20,806 nucleotides of DNA from Candidatus Poribacteria bacterium (GTDB taxonomy: Bacteria; Poribacteria; WGA-4E; UBA9662): assembly GCA_046582655.1 (NCBI GenBank), contig JAYGDX010000066.1, forward strand, positions 1-20,806, written 5' to 3'. Below are positions 1 through 8,566 of this stretch, piece by piece. Below the pieces are notes generated by a model. That model had not been told where the DNA came from. It saw nothing but the letters and a program-made list of their open reading frames with translations, and did not search any database. The first letter of the stretch is position 1. Each line of letters opens with the position of its first letter. The position numbers were made by a program, and so were the translations under genes.

Positions 1-34
1 AGATGGTGACAAGGTTAAAATTGTGAATCGCTAA
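1..34 (+). CDS. 3' end of an upstream gene (partial), possibly an RND efflux periplasmic adaptor subunit
   Basis: Frame starting at 2 reads DGDKVKIVNR* (TAA 32-34). DG-x-KVKIV is a common C-terminus of HlyD/AcrA-type adaptors, but only 10 residues are visible. Confidence 0.3.
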   Translation, partial: DGDKVKIVNR

Positions 35-39
35 TTATA

Positions 40-2007
40 TTGGTGGTATATGTGAACCAGAGAAATGAGCACCATCAAACAGCAGTTACTTGGCGGTCAA
101 TCCTGATAGGACTTCTGCTGATTCCGCTGAACGTTTTTTGGGTCATTGAGGTCGAATGTATCTGGCACTCTGGTCATCCCACCACCATCTCGCTGTTTTG
201 GAATGTTGTCCTTAACCTGTTCGGTTTGATCCTGATTAACCTCCTTCTAAAGAGGTTCGCACCGAGAGCAGCATTGACACAAGCTGAGATGATTACCATC
301 TATGCCATGCTCTCAATTGCATCTGGGCTTGCTGGCCATGATACACTTGCCCTTACCATTCCGGCTATTCCCCACGCCTTTTGGTTTGCCACACCTGAAA
401 ATGACTGGGCATCCCTTTTTCACGCCCATATACCAAGGCACCTTGTTGTCACTGACAGAGAAATTATTCGTGGGCTTTACGAGGGTGATACTAACTTTTA
501 CACCTCTAAAATTCTGAATGCATGGGTCGGTCCAACACTTTGGTGGACAGGATTCATTCTTGCGCTTGGCATAATCATGATCTGTATGAACGTGATTGTT
601 CGTAAGCAGTGGACAGAACACGAAAAGCTGGCGTATCCGATTATCCAGCTACCGTTGGCAATTACAGATCGAGGAGGTGCTTCCGGTTTCTTTCAAAATC
701 GTGTGCTATGGTACGGTTTTATGATTGCTGCTGTGCTGGACATATGGCATGGTCTGGCATACTTTTATCCATCTCTGCCAGATTTTAGTGTTCGTCACAA
801 CGCGCGAAACTGGGGTAGATTCTTTACGGAAAAACCGTGGAATGCCGTTGGGGGTATTACCGTTCCACTTTACCCTTTTGTGATTGGACTCGGGTTTTTA
901 CTGCCACTTGATCTCTCATTTTCAATCTGGTTCTTTTACGTTGTCGAAAAATTACAGCGAGTTTTTGCCAGTGCGGTCAGCATGCCGCCATCGTACCCAT
1001 ATTTTGATGAACAATCTATTGGGGCGTGGATGGCAATTTTCATCGCAGCATTGGTCATAACACGAAGACATCTGCTAAATGTAGTAAACGTTGTTTTGGG
1101 GAGATCGAGCGATATCGATGATTCCACCGAGCCTATTCGTTACCGGACGGCCATTTTGCTGATTATCTTGGCGAGCGCATTTATCATTTGGTTCTGTCTG
1201 AAAGCTGGGATGACATTACTGATCATTCTCCCTTATTTTGCTTTCTTTTTTGCATTGTCCTTGGCTATCACAAGGGTTCGCGCAGAGATTGGTCCTCCTG
1301 CTCATGAAATGGCCGGTTGGGTAAATGGACAGCGGTTTCTGATAAATCTGTTGGGTACACGCGCAGTTGGACCAAAGAACCTGACTGTTTTTACGCTTTT
1401 TTGGTTTTTTAGTGGTCGTGGTTATCGAGAGCATATTATGCCACACCAGCTTGAATCGTTCAAAATGGCGGAGCGAACCCGCATGAATACCAAACGGCTG
1501 GTGACAGCAATGATCATCGCGGTAGTCTTTGGCTCCATTGCTTCCTTTTGGGCTACAATAAGTGAACTTTATCGCCTGGGTGGTGCTGTCACCGGCGCTG
1601 GTGGAGGAATTGGTCCTTCTATCGGGCATGTGACTTATATCTTCCAGTGGCTGGATACCAGGCTGACTTACCCCAAAGAAACGGATATCCCCGCTGTTGG
1701 GTTCATGGCAGGCAGCATGGCCTTCACTTTTATTCTAATGCTGATGCGAATGCGATTTATCTGGTGGCCCCTTCATCCCGCTGGATATGCTATTTCGATG
1801 ACAGGTGGCGTTGGCTATTTCTGGACATGCTTGGTAATAAGTTCTACCCTTAAATGGATTATCTTGAGATTTGGCGGTGTCGCCCTGTATCGTGAAGCGG
1901 TGTTGTTTTTCTTTGGCGTTCTTTTAGGCGAGTATTGTGTGGGGGCATTTTGGAGTGTATTGAGTGTTATTATTCAACAACCGATTTATGATTTTGCCCC
2001 TGGTTAA
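40..2007 (+). CDS. Large polytopic membrane protein, DUF6785/DUF6784-like (putative OPT-related peptide transporter)
   Basis: 655 aa with many hydrophobic segments. Motifs recognised: RKQWTEHEKLAYPIIQLP, GLGFLLPLDLSFSIWFF, TRVRAEIGPP, C-terminal WWPLHPAGYA. The real start may be GTG at 52, after GGTGG at 42-46. Confidence 0.75.
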   Translation: MVVYVNQRNEHHQTAVTWRSILIGLLLIPLNVFWVIEVECIWHSGHPTTISLFWNVVLNLFGLILINLLLKRFAPRAALTQAEMITIYAMLSIASGLAGHDTLALTIPAIPHAFWFATPENDWASLFHAHIPRHLVVTDREIIRGLYEGDTNFYTSKILNAWVGPTLWWTGFILALGIIMICMNVIVRKQWTEHEKLAYPIIQLPLAITDRGGASGFFQNRVLWYGFMIAAVLDIWHGLAYFYPSLPDFSVRHNARNWGRFFTEKPWNAVGGITVPLYPFVIGLGFLLPLDLSFSIWFFYVVEKLQRVFASAVSMPPSYPYFDEQSIGAWMAIFIAALVITRRHLLNVVNVVLGRSSDIDDSTEPIRYRTAILLIILASAFIIWFCLKAGMTLLIILPYFAFFFALSLAITRVRAEIGPPAHEMAGWVNGQRFLINLLGTRAVGPKNLTVFTLFWFFSGRGYREHIMPHQLESFKMAERTRMNTKRLVTAMIIAVVFGSIASFWATISELYRLGGAVTGAGGGIGPSIGHVTYIFQWLDTRLTYPKETDIPAVGFMAGSMAFTFILMLMRMRFIWWPLHPAGYAISMTGGVGYFWTCLVISSTLKWIILRFGGVALYREAVLFFFGVLLGEYCVGAFWSVLSVIIQQPIYDFAPG

Positions 2008-2036
2008 ATTATTACTAAGAGGTCATGTGATTTTCT

Positions 2037-3137
2037 ATGCGAGATAAAGAGTTAACAGTAGGTTCAAATTTAACTTTGTTTTATTGTCAAGTGGCTATCA
2101 AGTTTGCTGGATTTATGCTTATTTTTGCCTTGCTTCCTGTCTGCTTTACGATAGCAGAAGAAGGTAACCACCCCGCCGAATTTCTGAGTCACGGTGTTGG
2201 AGCACGAGCCTTGGGAATGGGAGGTATGTTTGTGTCTGTTGCCGATGACGCCACGGCGGCATATTGGAACCCGGCAGGGTTAACGGAAGCAGGTGATCAC
2301 GCATTTTCTACAATGTATTCTGACAGTTTTAGATCTAGCCAGGGTGGGTTCTTGAATAAAGGACTGGTACAATATAGCTTTATCAATTATGTACAACAAA
2401 TCGAGGATATTGGAAGTGTGGGTGTAAGTTGGATTCGTCTGGGTGTTGACGAGATTCCCAGAACCACCTTCATTGATGTTAATGGTGATGGAGAACTCGG
2501 TTCTTTTCAGGATAAAAATGCAAACGGAGAGAAAGATCCGGGAGAACTCTACATTGATCGTCCAACTGTTGCGGAATATTTCAGTAATGCTGACAACGCA
2601 ATCTTAGTTTCATATGCACGGGCAGTAAGTACTAATCTATCTGTTGGTAGCAATCTCAAGATTTTGCGACAGACCATCTTTCAAAATTCTGGCAACGGTT
2701 TTGGAATTGACCTTGGTATGGTTTTTCAACCGATTAGTCATTTTCGAATCGGTGTCATGATCCAGGATGCTACTGGCACACAAATTACTTGGAATACGCC
2801 AAGTAATCCAACCTTCACACGTAAAACTCGACTGCGAATCGGTAGTTCATACGCATTCGGTCTGGGCCAAATTGGACACTTGGTACTTGGTATAGATATG
2901 GAATCTCGGCAAAAAGATCTAAAAGCCGATCAAGACAGTGAAATGCTGGTGTACTACGGTTCTGAACTCTGGCTTTTTAAATTGATTGCGCTCCGCATCG
3001 GTGGTCGAGGCGGTAGAATTTCTTCAGGTGTGGGATTCCGACTCTGGTTCAAAGAAGCACAAATTTTCGCTGATTATGCATTTAAATCCCATGATCTTGG
3101 TGGTTCGCAAAGAATATCTATATCAGGTAGTTTTTAG
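2037..3137 (+). CDS. PorV/PorQ-family (UPF0164-like) outer-membrane beta-barrel protein
   Basis: Hydrophobic N-terminal signal-like segment, signature EFLSHGVGARALGMGG...ADDATAAYWNPAGL, GFGIDLG, alternating amphipathic strands and terminal Phe (ISISGSF, BAM beta-signal). Start codon uncertain. Confidence 0.8.
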   Translation: MRDKELTVGSNLTLFYCQVAIKFAGFMLIFALLPVCFTIAEEGNHPAEFLSHGVGARALGMGGMFVSVADDATAAYWNPAGLTEAGDHAFSTMYSDSFRSSQGGFLNKGLVQYSFINYVQQIEDIGSVGVSWIRLGVDEIPRTTFIDVNGDGELGSFQDKNANGEKDPGELYIDRPTVAEYFSNADNAILVSYARAVSTNLSVGSNLKILRQTIFQNSGNGFGIDLGMVFQPISHFRIGVMIQDATGTQITWNTPSNPTFTRKTRLRIGSSYAFGLGQIGHLVLGIDMESRQKDLKADQDSEMLVYYGSELWLFKLIALRIGGRGGRISSGVGFRLWFKEAQIFADYAFKSHDLGGSQRISISGSF

Positions 3138-3199
3138 CGAGGAACAGTTTATCGGAACACGCGCTGAACATCCCAATTGCGGGAACAGAAGAATCTTGG

Positions 3200-3463
3200 T
3201 TGGAACTTTATTGGGATATGGAACACCATATCGCTGAATTTCGGTTGAATGTAATGGAAGAAGAAACTCCCGTTCAACTGTGGAGAACATCCGTTCCTGT
3301 CCCTACATCTGATGCAGCGATCGATTTGTTAAAACCTCTAAAAGCTTTAGGGGATTTGTGTTACTCACTTTACAAAACCACTCCAGACACAATGGAGGTT
3401 ATTCCAGATCTTGCATATGTACTCTTTGATTTTCGTCGTTTTATGCAGAAACTTGAAGATTAA
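3200..3463 (+). CDS. Small hypothetical protein (start uncertain; frame open back to 3131)
   Basis: Fills the gap between the barrel gene and arsC on the same strand, protein-like composition, ends 17 bp before the arsC start. Confidence 0.55.
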   Translation: MELYWDMEHHIAEFRLNVMEEETPVQLWRTSVPVPTSDAAIDLLKPLKALGDLCYSLYKTTPDTMEVIPDLAYVLFDFRRFMQKLED

Positions 3464-3480
3464 GAATAAAGGAGTGACTT

Positions 3481-3837
3481 ATGTCATCAATTCCAAAGGT
3501 ATATCACAATCCGGAATGTTCTAAAAGCCGGGCAACACTTCAACTCCTCGAGGAACGAAAACAAGAAATCAAAATAATTGAGTATTTGAAGACACCTCCA
3601 ACTGTTGAAGAACTTGATCAGATCCTCCTCCAACTCGACAGAGAACCGACCGAAGTTATTCGCGCGAAAGAAGACCGTTTCGATGAACTTGGGCTTTCGG
3701 TTGATGATAACCGATCAAGGGAAGAGTGGATCCAGATTATGGTTGATAATCCGATACTGATTGAACGACCAATAGTTGTCAATGACGATAAAGCCGTTCT
3801 GGGCAGGCCGCCTGAGAATGTGATTGATATATTATAG
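3481..3837 (+). CDS. arsC: ArsC-family arsenate reductase (glutaredoxin-dependent type)
   Basis: YHNPECSKSR catalytic loop, IEYLKTPPT, VIR, PILIERPIVV and GRPPENV motifs; RBS AAGGAG just upstream. Confidence 0.9.
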   Translation: MSSIPKVYHNPECSKSRATLQLLEERKQEIKIIEYLKTPPTVEELDQILLQLDREPTEVIRAKEDRFDELGLSVDDNRSREEWIQIMVDNPILIERPIVVNDDKAVLGRPPENVIDIL

Positions 3838-3879
3838 TTAAAGTAAATTATCCAAATCAATGAAAGTCAAAAAAAACGA

Positions 3880-4308
3880 ATGGTAATCCGTTTACTTATC
3901 GGTATAGCAATTTTGAATTTTATTCTTCCCTTAGCAATTGCTGATGAATTGACTGATCTTGCATTTATCCTGAAGTCTAACCCAATCACAATTTCCAAGA
4001 AACTATCAAATGCAACTTTTAATCCAAAAGAAGTATCTGGACTTAAGTTGATCTCAACAGGTTTGATCAGAATTTACCAGAAATTTATCTCTTCACAAGA
4101 TAGCGAAGTTTGCAATTTTACACCCAGTTGTTCTCGGTTTGGAATGTCCGCAATCCAGGAATTTGGTATTGTGCGAGGGATTGCGCTGACCGTCGACCGT
4201 CTTTGCCGATGTAATGGAACTGCTGCATTCTATTACCCAATCCATCCTCAGACAGGGCTGTGCTTCGATCCAATTGCTCACTATTCGCATCAAGCACTGA
4301 GAAAATGA
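3880..4308 (+). CDS. yidD: YidD-like (membrane protein insertion efficiency factor family) protein with N-terminal signal-peptide extension
   Basis: IRIYQKFISS-QD...CNFTPSCSRFG...AIQEFG...DRLCRCN...DP matches the YidD pattern. About 55 extra N-terminal residues start with MVIRLLIGIAILNFILPLAIA. Confidence 0.8.
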   Translation: MVIRLLIGIAILNFILPLAIADELTDLAFILKSNPITISKKLSNATFNPKEVSGLKLISTGLIRIYQKFISSQDSEVCNFTPSCSRFGMSAIQEFGIVRGIALTVDRLCRCNGTAAFYYPIHPQTGLCFDPIAHYSHQALRK

Positions 4309-5144
4309 TTTGTCTTGTCATACTTTTTTTGCTAGTTGTTTCAGGAATAAATGCTGATTCTATTGATTATAATCATCCCCCAAACATTCGGAAATTTGCA
4401 GATTATCTTTATGACCAAGGCGACTATCTAGCAGCTGTTGGAGAATATCAGCGTTACCTATTCTACAATCTCAAAGATGATGATCAGGCCTGGTATCGAA
4501 TTGGGCTGAGTTACCGTGCAACTGGGCAAATTGATAAGGCGTTGAACGTTTTCAATCGGATCCTGAAAAAACAACCTGACAGTCAATTAGCCAGCACTAT
4601 TTACTATCAAATTGCGTATTCCTATTTTCTAGCTAATGAGTACGAAAAAGCAATTAAGTTTCTTACCCAAACTAACGATCCGCAATCTCGTCAATTGATC
4701 GGTATTAATCTTTTGATGCTTAAACGTTGGGATTCCGCGCTTGATTTGTTCAACCAACTTGAGTCTGAGAGCCCCCCAGCTAATGTTCGAGAAAGTAATG
4801 CTGTCTATCAGAAACTTGCGGTCGAAGGGAAACATCTACCACGAAAAAGCCCTATACTTGCTGGTTGTCTTTCAGCAGTCATTCCAGGAACAGGAAAGAT
4901 TTATAATGGACGCGTTGCTGATGCGGTGAATGCAATGATTACTATTGGGCTGAGTGGCTGGCTGGCTTACGATGGATTTCATCAGAACGGTGTGGACTCG
5001 GTTAAGGGATGGACATTCGGTGCTGCTGCCAGCGTTTTTTACTTGGGCAATGTCTATGGGTCGGTGATTGCTTCACAAATACATAATCAGCAGATAGAAT
5101 TGGAGTTCTTGGATCAATTAAAATGTGTAGATACTGGACGGTAA
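4305..5144 (+). CDS. TPR-repeat protein with C-terminal TM2-like membrane domain (paralog A)
   Basis: ATG at 4305 overlaps the yidD stop (ATGA), which is more plausible than the start at 4260. Signal peptide MICLVILFLLVVSGINA; TPR helices (AWYRIGLSYRATGQIDKALNVF, IYYQIAYSYFLANEYEKAIKFL); KSPILAGCLSAVIPGTGKIYNG. Confidence 0.8.
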   Translation: MICLVILFLLVVSGINADSIDYNHPPNIRKFADYLYDQGDYLAAVGEYQRYLFYNLKDDDQAWYRIGLSYRATGQIDKALNVFNRILKKQPDSQLASTIYYQIAYSYFLANEYEKAIKFLTQTNDPQSRQLIGINLLMLKRWDSALDLFNQLESESPPANVRESNAVYQKLAVEGKHLPRKSPILAGCLSAVIPGTGKIYNGRVADAVNAMITIGLSGWLAYDGFHQNGVDSVKGWTFGAAASVFYLGNVYGSVIASQIHNQQIELEFLDQLKCVDTGR

Positions 5145-5962
5145 TATTTTGTCTTTTTCCCATGATAGTTTTCGCCGAACCTGCAATTGATCTTGGTGAT
5201 TACCTTTTCAACTTGAAAAGTTTCAATCAAGCCGTTACCGAGTACAAACGATTTCTTTTTTTTCATCCGGATGGCCCTAAATCATCTGAGGTTATCTATC
5301 AGATTGGATTGGCATATAGATCAGATCAACTGTGGGGTCAAGCAATCCAATCGATGAACTCTGCATTTCAACGGACAAATGACTCGGATTTTAGATCTAA
5401 AATCCAACTCGATTTGGCTGTTACTTATCTTGCCAGCAATCAACCGGATTTAGCTTTACCCAAATTAATTAACGTATTATCACAACCGAGATCGAGTCAA
5501 TTGTACAGACGCACCTTGTTTCTCAAAGGGATTACTGAGATCTACCTATTTAATTGGGAGGGGGCACGTTCAACTTTCAAAACATACTTTGGAGACACCT
5601 CGAGATTTGACCAAGTTGATAGAATAATAAGTCAAGCACTCAAAAGCCCAAAAAAATCGGTTTCTTTCACAAAAATTCTCTCGACAATCCTACCCGGTTC
5701 AGGACAAATTTATGCTGGAAATTGGACAGATGGGTTCAACGCACTTGTCCTCAACGGACTGCTTGGGTACACTTCGTTTTCGGCAGCAAAATCCGGAAAT
5801 TACCGTGACGCATCATTCTTGACACTTTTTTTATGGATGCGTTATTATTTGGGAAATCGAGATAATGCTGGGAAAATCGCCTATCAAATAAATAGAAATC
5901 AGGATTTGGCCTTTTCCAAACTGATTCTAGAGAAACTGCAAGCGACATGGAACGAAGAATAA
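5123..5962 (+). CDS. TPR-repeat protein with C-terminal TM2-like membrane domain (paralog B)
   Basis: Signal peptide ending VFA|EP; TPR helices (LGDYLFNLKSFNQAVTEYKRFL, VIYQIGLAYRSDQLWGQAI); KKSVSFTKILSTILPGSGQIYAG; colinear similarity to the preceding gene. Confidence 0.8.
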   Translation: MCRYWTVIFCLFPMIVFAEPAIDLGDYLFNLKSFNQAVTEYKRFLFFHPDGPKSSEVIYQIGLAYRSDQLWGQAIQSMNSAFQRTNDSDFRSKIQLDLAVTYLASNQPDLALPKLINVLSQPRSSQLYRRTLFLKGITEIYLFNWEGARSTFKTYFGDTSRFDQVDRIISQALKSPKKSVSFTKILSTILPGSGQIYAGNWTDGFNALVLNGLLGYTSFSAAKSGNYRDASFLTLFLWMRYYLGNRDNAGKIAYQINRNQDLAFSKLILEKLQATWNEE

Positions 5963-7212
5963 AAATTGGACTCGTTGGTGCAGGTATGTTTGGTGGCGAT
6001 GTGCACTTACGTACCTACGCCGATTTGCAGAGGAGCGGGATTTCACCGTGGCTTGGTCGAATCGGATATGATGACTTCGCCTCCGAATTCGCTGATGTGG
6101 CCTTTGAACTTGTTGGTTTAGGAACCCGCACAAAGATATCAGCAGAACGGGCGCGAGCCACATACGCTGACCTAACCAGTACACAGGTGGGGACTTTCTA
6201 TGGTGAAACTCCATGGGTAGATATGATCGAACAGTTTCCAGATCTTGACATTCTGGCTGTGGCAACACCTGATCACCTTCACACCGCACCAATTCTACAT
6301 GGATTGCAAGAAGGCGTGCATGCTGTAGCTGAGAAACCGATGACGCTCAACATTGAAGAAGCGGACAGAATCATTGAACTTGCGCAAGAAAAAAATTTAC
6401 TGGTCGGTTTGGACATGCATAAACGATACGATCCTGATCATCTCAAAATATTCCATGAACTTGTAGGTCAAATGGGAAAGCCTATCTACGGACGGGCGGT
6501 TTTGGAAGAGCCACTTGAGGTATCAACAAGAACATTCAAGTGGGTAAAAGAAAGTGACCCTTTTAGCTACGTGGGTGTTCACTGGACGGATCTGTTTATT
6601 AGTTATCTCAACCTCAAACCAGTTTCGATTTTCGCTGTTGGTCAAAAGACAAAGTTAACTCAGGAATATGGAATTGATGCTTATGACGCGGCACAAGTAA
6701 GCGTCATTTTTGATAACGGTATGCATGTTCACTTTGCTAATAATTGGATTACCCCGGATGATTTTGAGGGACCTGTTAATCAGGAAATCGAAATTTTAAT
6801 GACGGGTGGCAAAATAGAATCTGATTCCCAGTATCGTGGATTGCGCTACACGATTGAAGGTGGTGGATCTCACACCTCAAACACACACTTTACACGCGAT
6901 GTGCTGCGTGACGATGGATCAAAAGCCTATATTGGTTACGGTAAAGATAGCCTGATCGCTTGCATTCTCGGCATCTTACGCATTAAATTCAATGGTGAAT
7001 CGTTGGCAGATCTTGATCGAACTTATCCGACAGCCAAGGAAGGCCGGATCTCAGTCGCCATTATCGAAGCAGCTAGGAACGTGATGGACCTCAATTTCGC
7101 CTACCTGCAGAAAAATATGGGGACACCGGTAACTGCCAAGTTTGGAACTGACGGCATCACAATTCTCAACCCATACGCAGATAACCGGCAAATTTACGAT
7201 AAATCGGTATAG
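5947..7212 (+). CDS. Gfo/Idh/MocA family NAD(P)-dependent oxidoreductase
   Basis: Rossmann motif IGLVGAGMFG, VATPDHLH, AEKPMT, HKRYDP, GVHWTD. Confidence 0.9.
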   Translation: MERRIKIGLVGAGMFGGDVHLRTYADLQRSGISPWLGRIGYDDFASEFADVAFELVGLGTRTKISAERARATYADLTSTQVGTFYGETPWVDMIEQFPDLDILAVATPDHLHTAPILHGLQEGVHAVAEKPMTLNIEEADRIIELAQEKNLLVGLDMHKRYDPDHLKIFHELVGQMGKPIYGRAVLEEPLEVSTRTFKWVKESDPFSYVGVHWTDLFISYLNLKPVSIFAVGQKTKLTQEYGIDAYDAAQVSVIFDNGMHVHFANNWITPDDFEGPVNQEIEILMTGGKIESDSQYRGLRYTIEGGGSHTSNTHFTRDVLRDDGSKAYIGYGKDSLIACILGILRIKFNGESLADLDRTYPTAKEGRISVAIIEAARNVMDLNFAYLQKNMGTPVTAKFGTDGITILNPYADNRQIYDKSV

Positions 7213-7233
7213 GATTAAAAAGGAACGGGATTA

Positions 7234-8541
7234 ATGACAGGTTTGCCAATCTATATTGAAAATGACGAAAAGTCTAATGAAATTCGTAAACAGATAGTTG
7301 ATCTTATCCCGAAAAGTCACAAAACGTATACATCAACTCAACTGGTTGTTGATCGGGTTGAAGGCGTTCATCTCTGGAATCCGGAAGGACGAGAATTTAT
7401 TGATTTCTCATCGGGGGTACTGGTGGCAAATTTGGGACATAATCATCCTTATTTTGAAGAACGTTACGCACACTACATCCGCAACTTGCCACGAAATGCC
7501 TATAATATGCTTACCGAGATTGAGGTGACTGCGGCTAAACGTTTAATCGAGAACCTCAACCACAAAAAAATGGAAAAAGTACTATGGTCGGCTTGTGGTT
7601 CTTCTGGTATCATCAAAGCCGTCTGGGCAGCGCAGCATTATCATCCGGATCGGCATATTATTCTGTCAACAAAATATGGCTTTCATGGTAAGAAAGGACT
7701 GGCCGGCGATATCACCGGAGAAAAGAGCCAAAACCCTAACGTTCGCTGGATCGATTTCATTATGCTTGCTGATCAGAGGGATGAGCAAGAACATCTGAAT
7801 CGGGATTACCGAGTTGCAGAGCAACTTGATGCGCTCAAGCGAGAATACCCAAATCAGATTTCAATGTTGGTGACGGAACCCTACCTCGGTGCAAAAGGAT
7901 CTTTTCATCCACCTTCATGGTATCTACGCCAACTGAACGACTGGTGTAGCGAAAACGATGTAATTTTTATTTTGGACGAAGTTCAGTCCTGCCATGGTCG
8001 CACAGGTGAGATGTATGCATTTCAGAAGCATGGGCTTGATCCTGATCTTATTGTTATGGGGAAGGGAATTGGTAATGGTGAACCGATTTGCGCTGTTGCT
8101 GGAAGAGCTGATGTCTTGGATCTAATGGATTATGGCGAAGCATCGGATACATTCAGTGGAAACCCGCGTGGTTGTGCTGCGATTGTTGCAGTCTTGGACA
8201 CTTTCGAGAAATTTCCGATTGTCGAAAACTGTCATAAAATGGGTGGAATTGTCGCTGATCAACTCTACAAACTGACTGACGAATTTGAATTTGTAGGCCA
8301 AGCTAGAGGCGAAGGTTTAGTTTGGGGGTTAGAAGTCAACGCATACGCTGGAAAATCAGCAAACGAAATTGCAAATGAGTTGGTTTTACAGGCCTATCAT
8401 CATGGAATCCATTTAATTGGTCCACTGGCGGGAAACGTCTTGCGTATCTCTCCGCCGCTTATTATTTCCCACTCAGAAGTCATCGAAGGTTTTAACCGGT
8501 TATGTAAAGCCTTCGATGTTATGTCCGGAATGGACGGATAA
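7234..8541 (+). CDS. Class-III PLP-dependent aminotransferase
   Basis: GREFIDFSSGVLVANLGH, FHG, TEP, FILDEVQSCHGRTG, PDLIVMGKGIGNG (PLP lysine), TFSGNP, NVLRISPPL. Confidence 0.92.
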   Translation: MTGLPIYIENDEKSNEIRKQIVDLIPKSHKTYTSTQLVVDRVEGVHLWNPEGREFIDFSSGVLVANLGHNHPYFEERYAHYIRNLPRNAYNMLTEIEVTAAKRLIENLNHKKMEKVLWSACGSSGIIKAVWAAQHYHPDRHIILSTKYGFHGKKGLAGDITGEKSQNPNVRWIDFIMLADQRDEQEHLNRDYRVAEQLDALKREYPNQISMLVTEPYLGAKGSFHPPSWYLRQLNDWCSENDVIFILDEVQSCHGRTGEMYAFQKHGLDPDLIVMGKGIGNGEPICAVAGRADVLDLMDYGEASDTFSGNPRGCAAIVAVLDTFEKFPIVENCHKMGGIVADQLYKLTDEFEFVGQARGEGLVWGLEVNAYAGKSANEIANELVLQAYHHGIHLIGPLAGNVLRISPPLIISHSEVIEGFNRLCKAFDVMSGMDG

Positions 8542-8566
8542 CGCAAATCTGGAACCTTATTAAACT

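Noticed and set aside
2986..3237. 83-aa ORF bridging the barrel gene and the small hypothetical gene (possible frameshift fusion)
   Set aside because: The barrel gene ends properly in a terminal Phe; the overlapping frame has no recognisable features or slippery site that I can support.
4260..4304. Longer start for TPR protein A given in the ORF track
   Set aside because: ATG at 4305 gives an ATGA overlap and a clean signal peptide.
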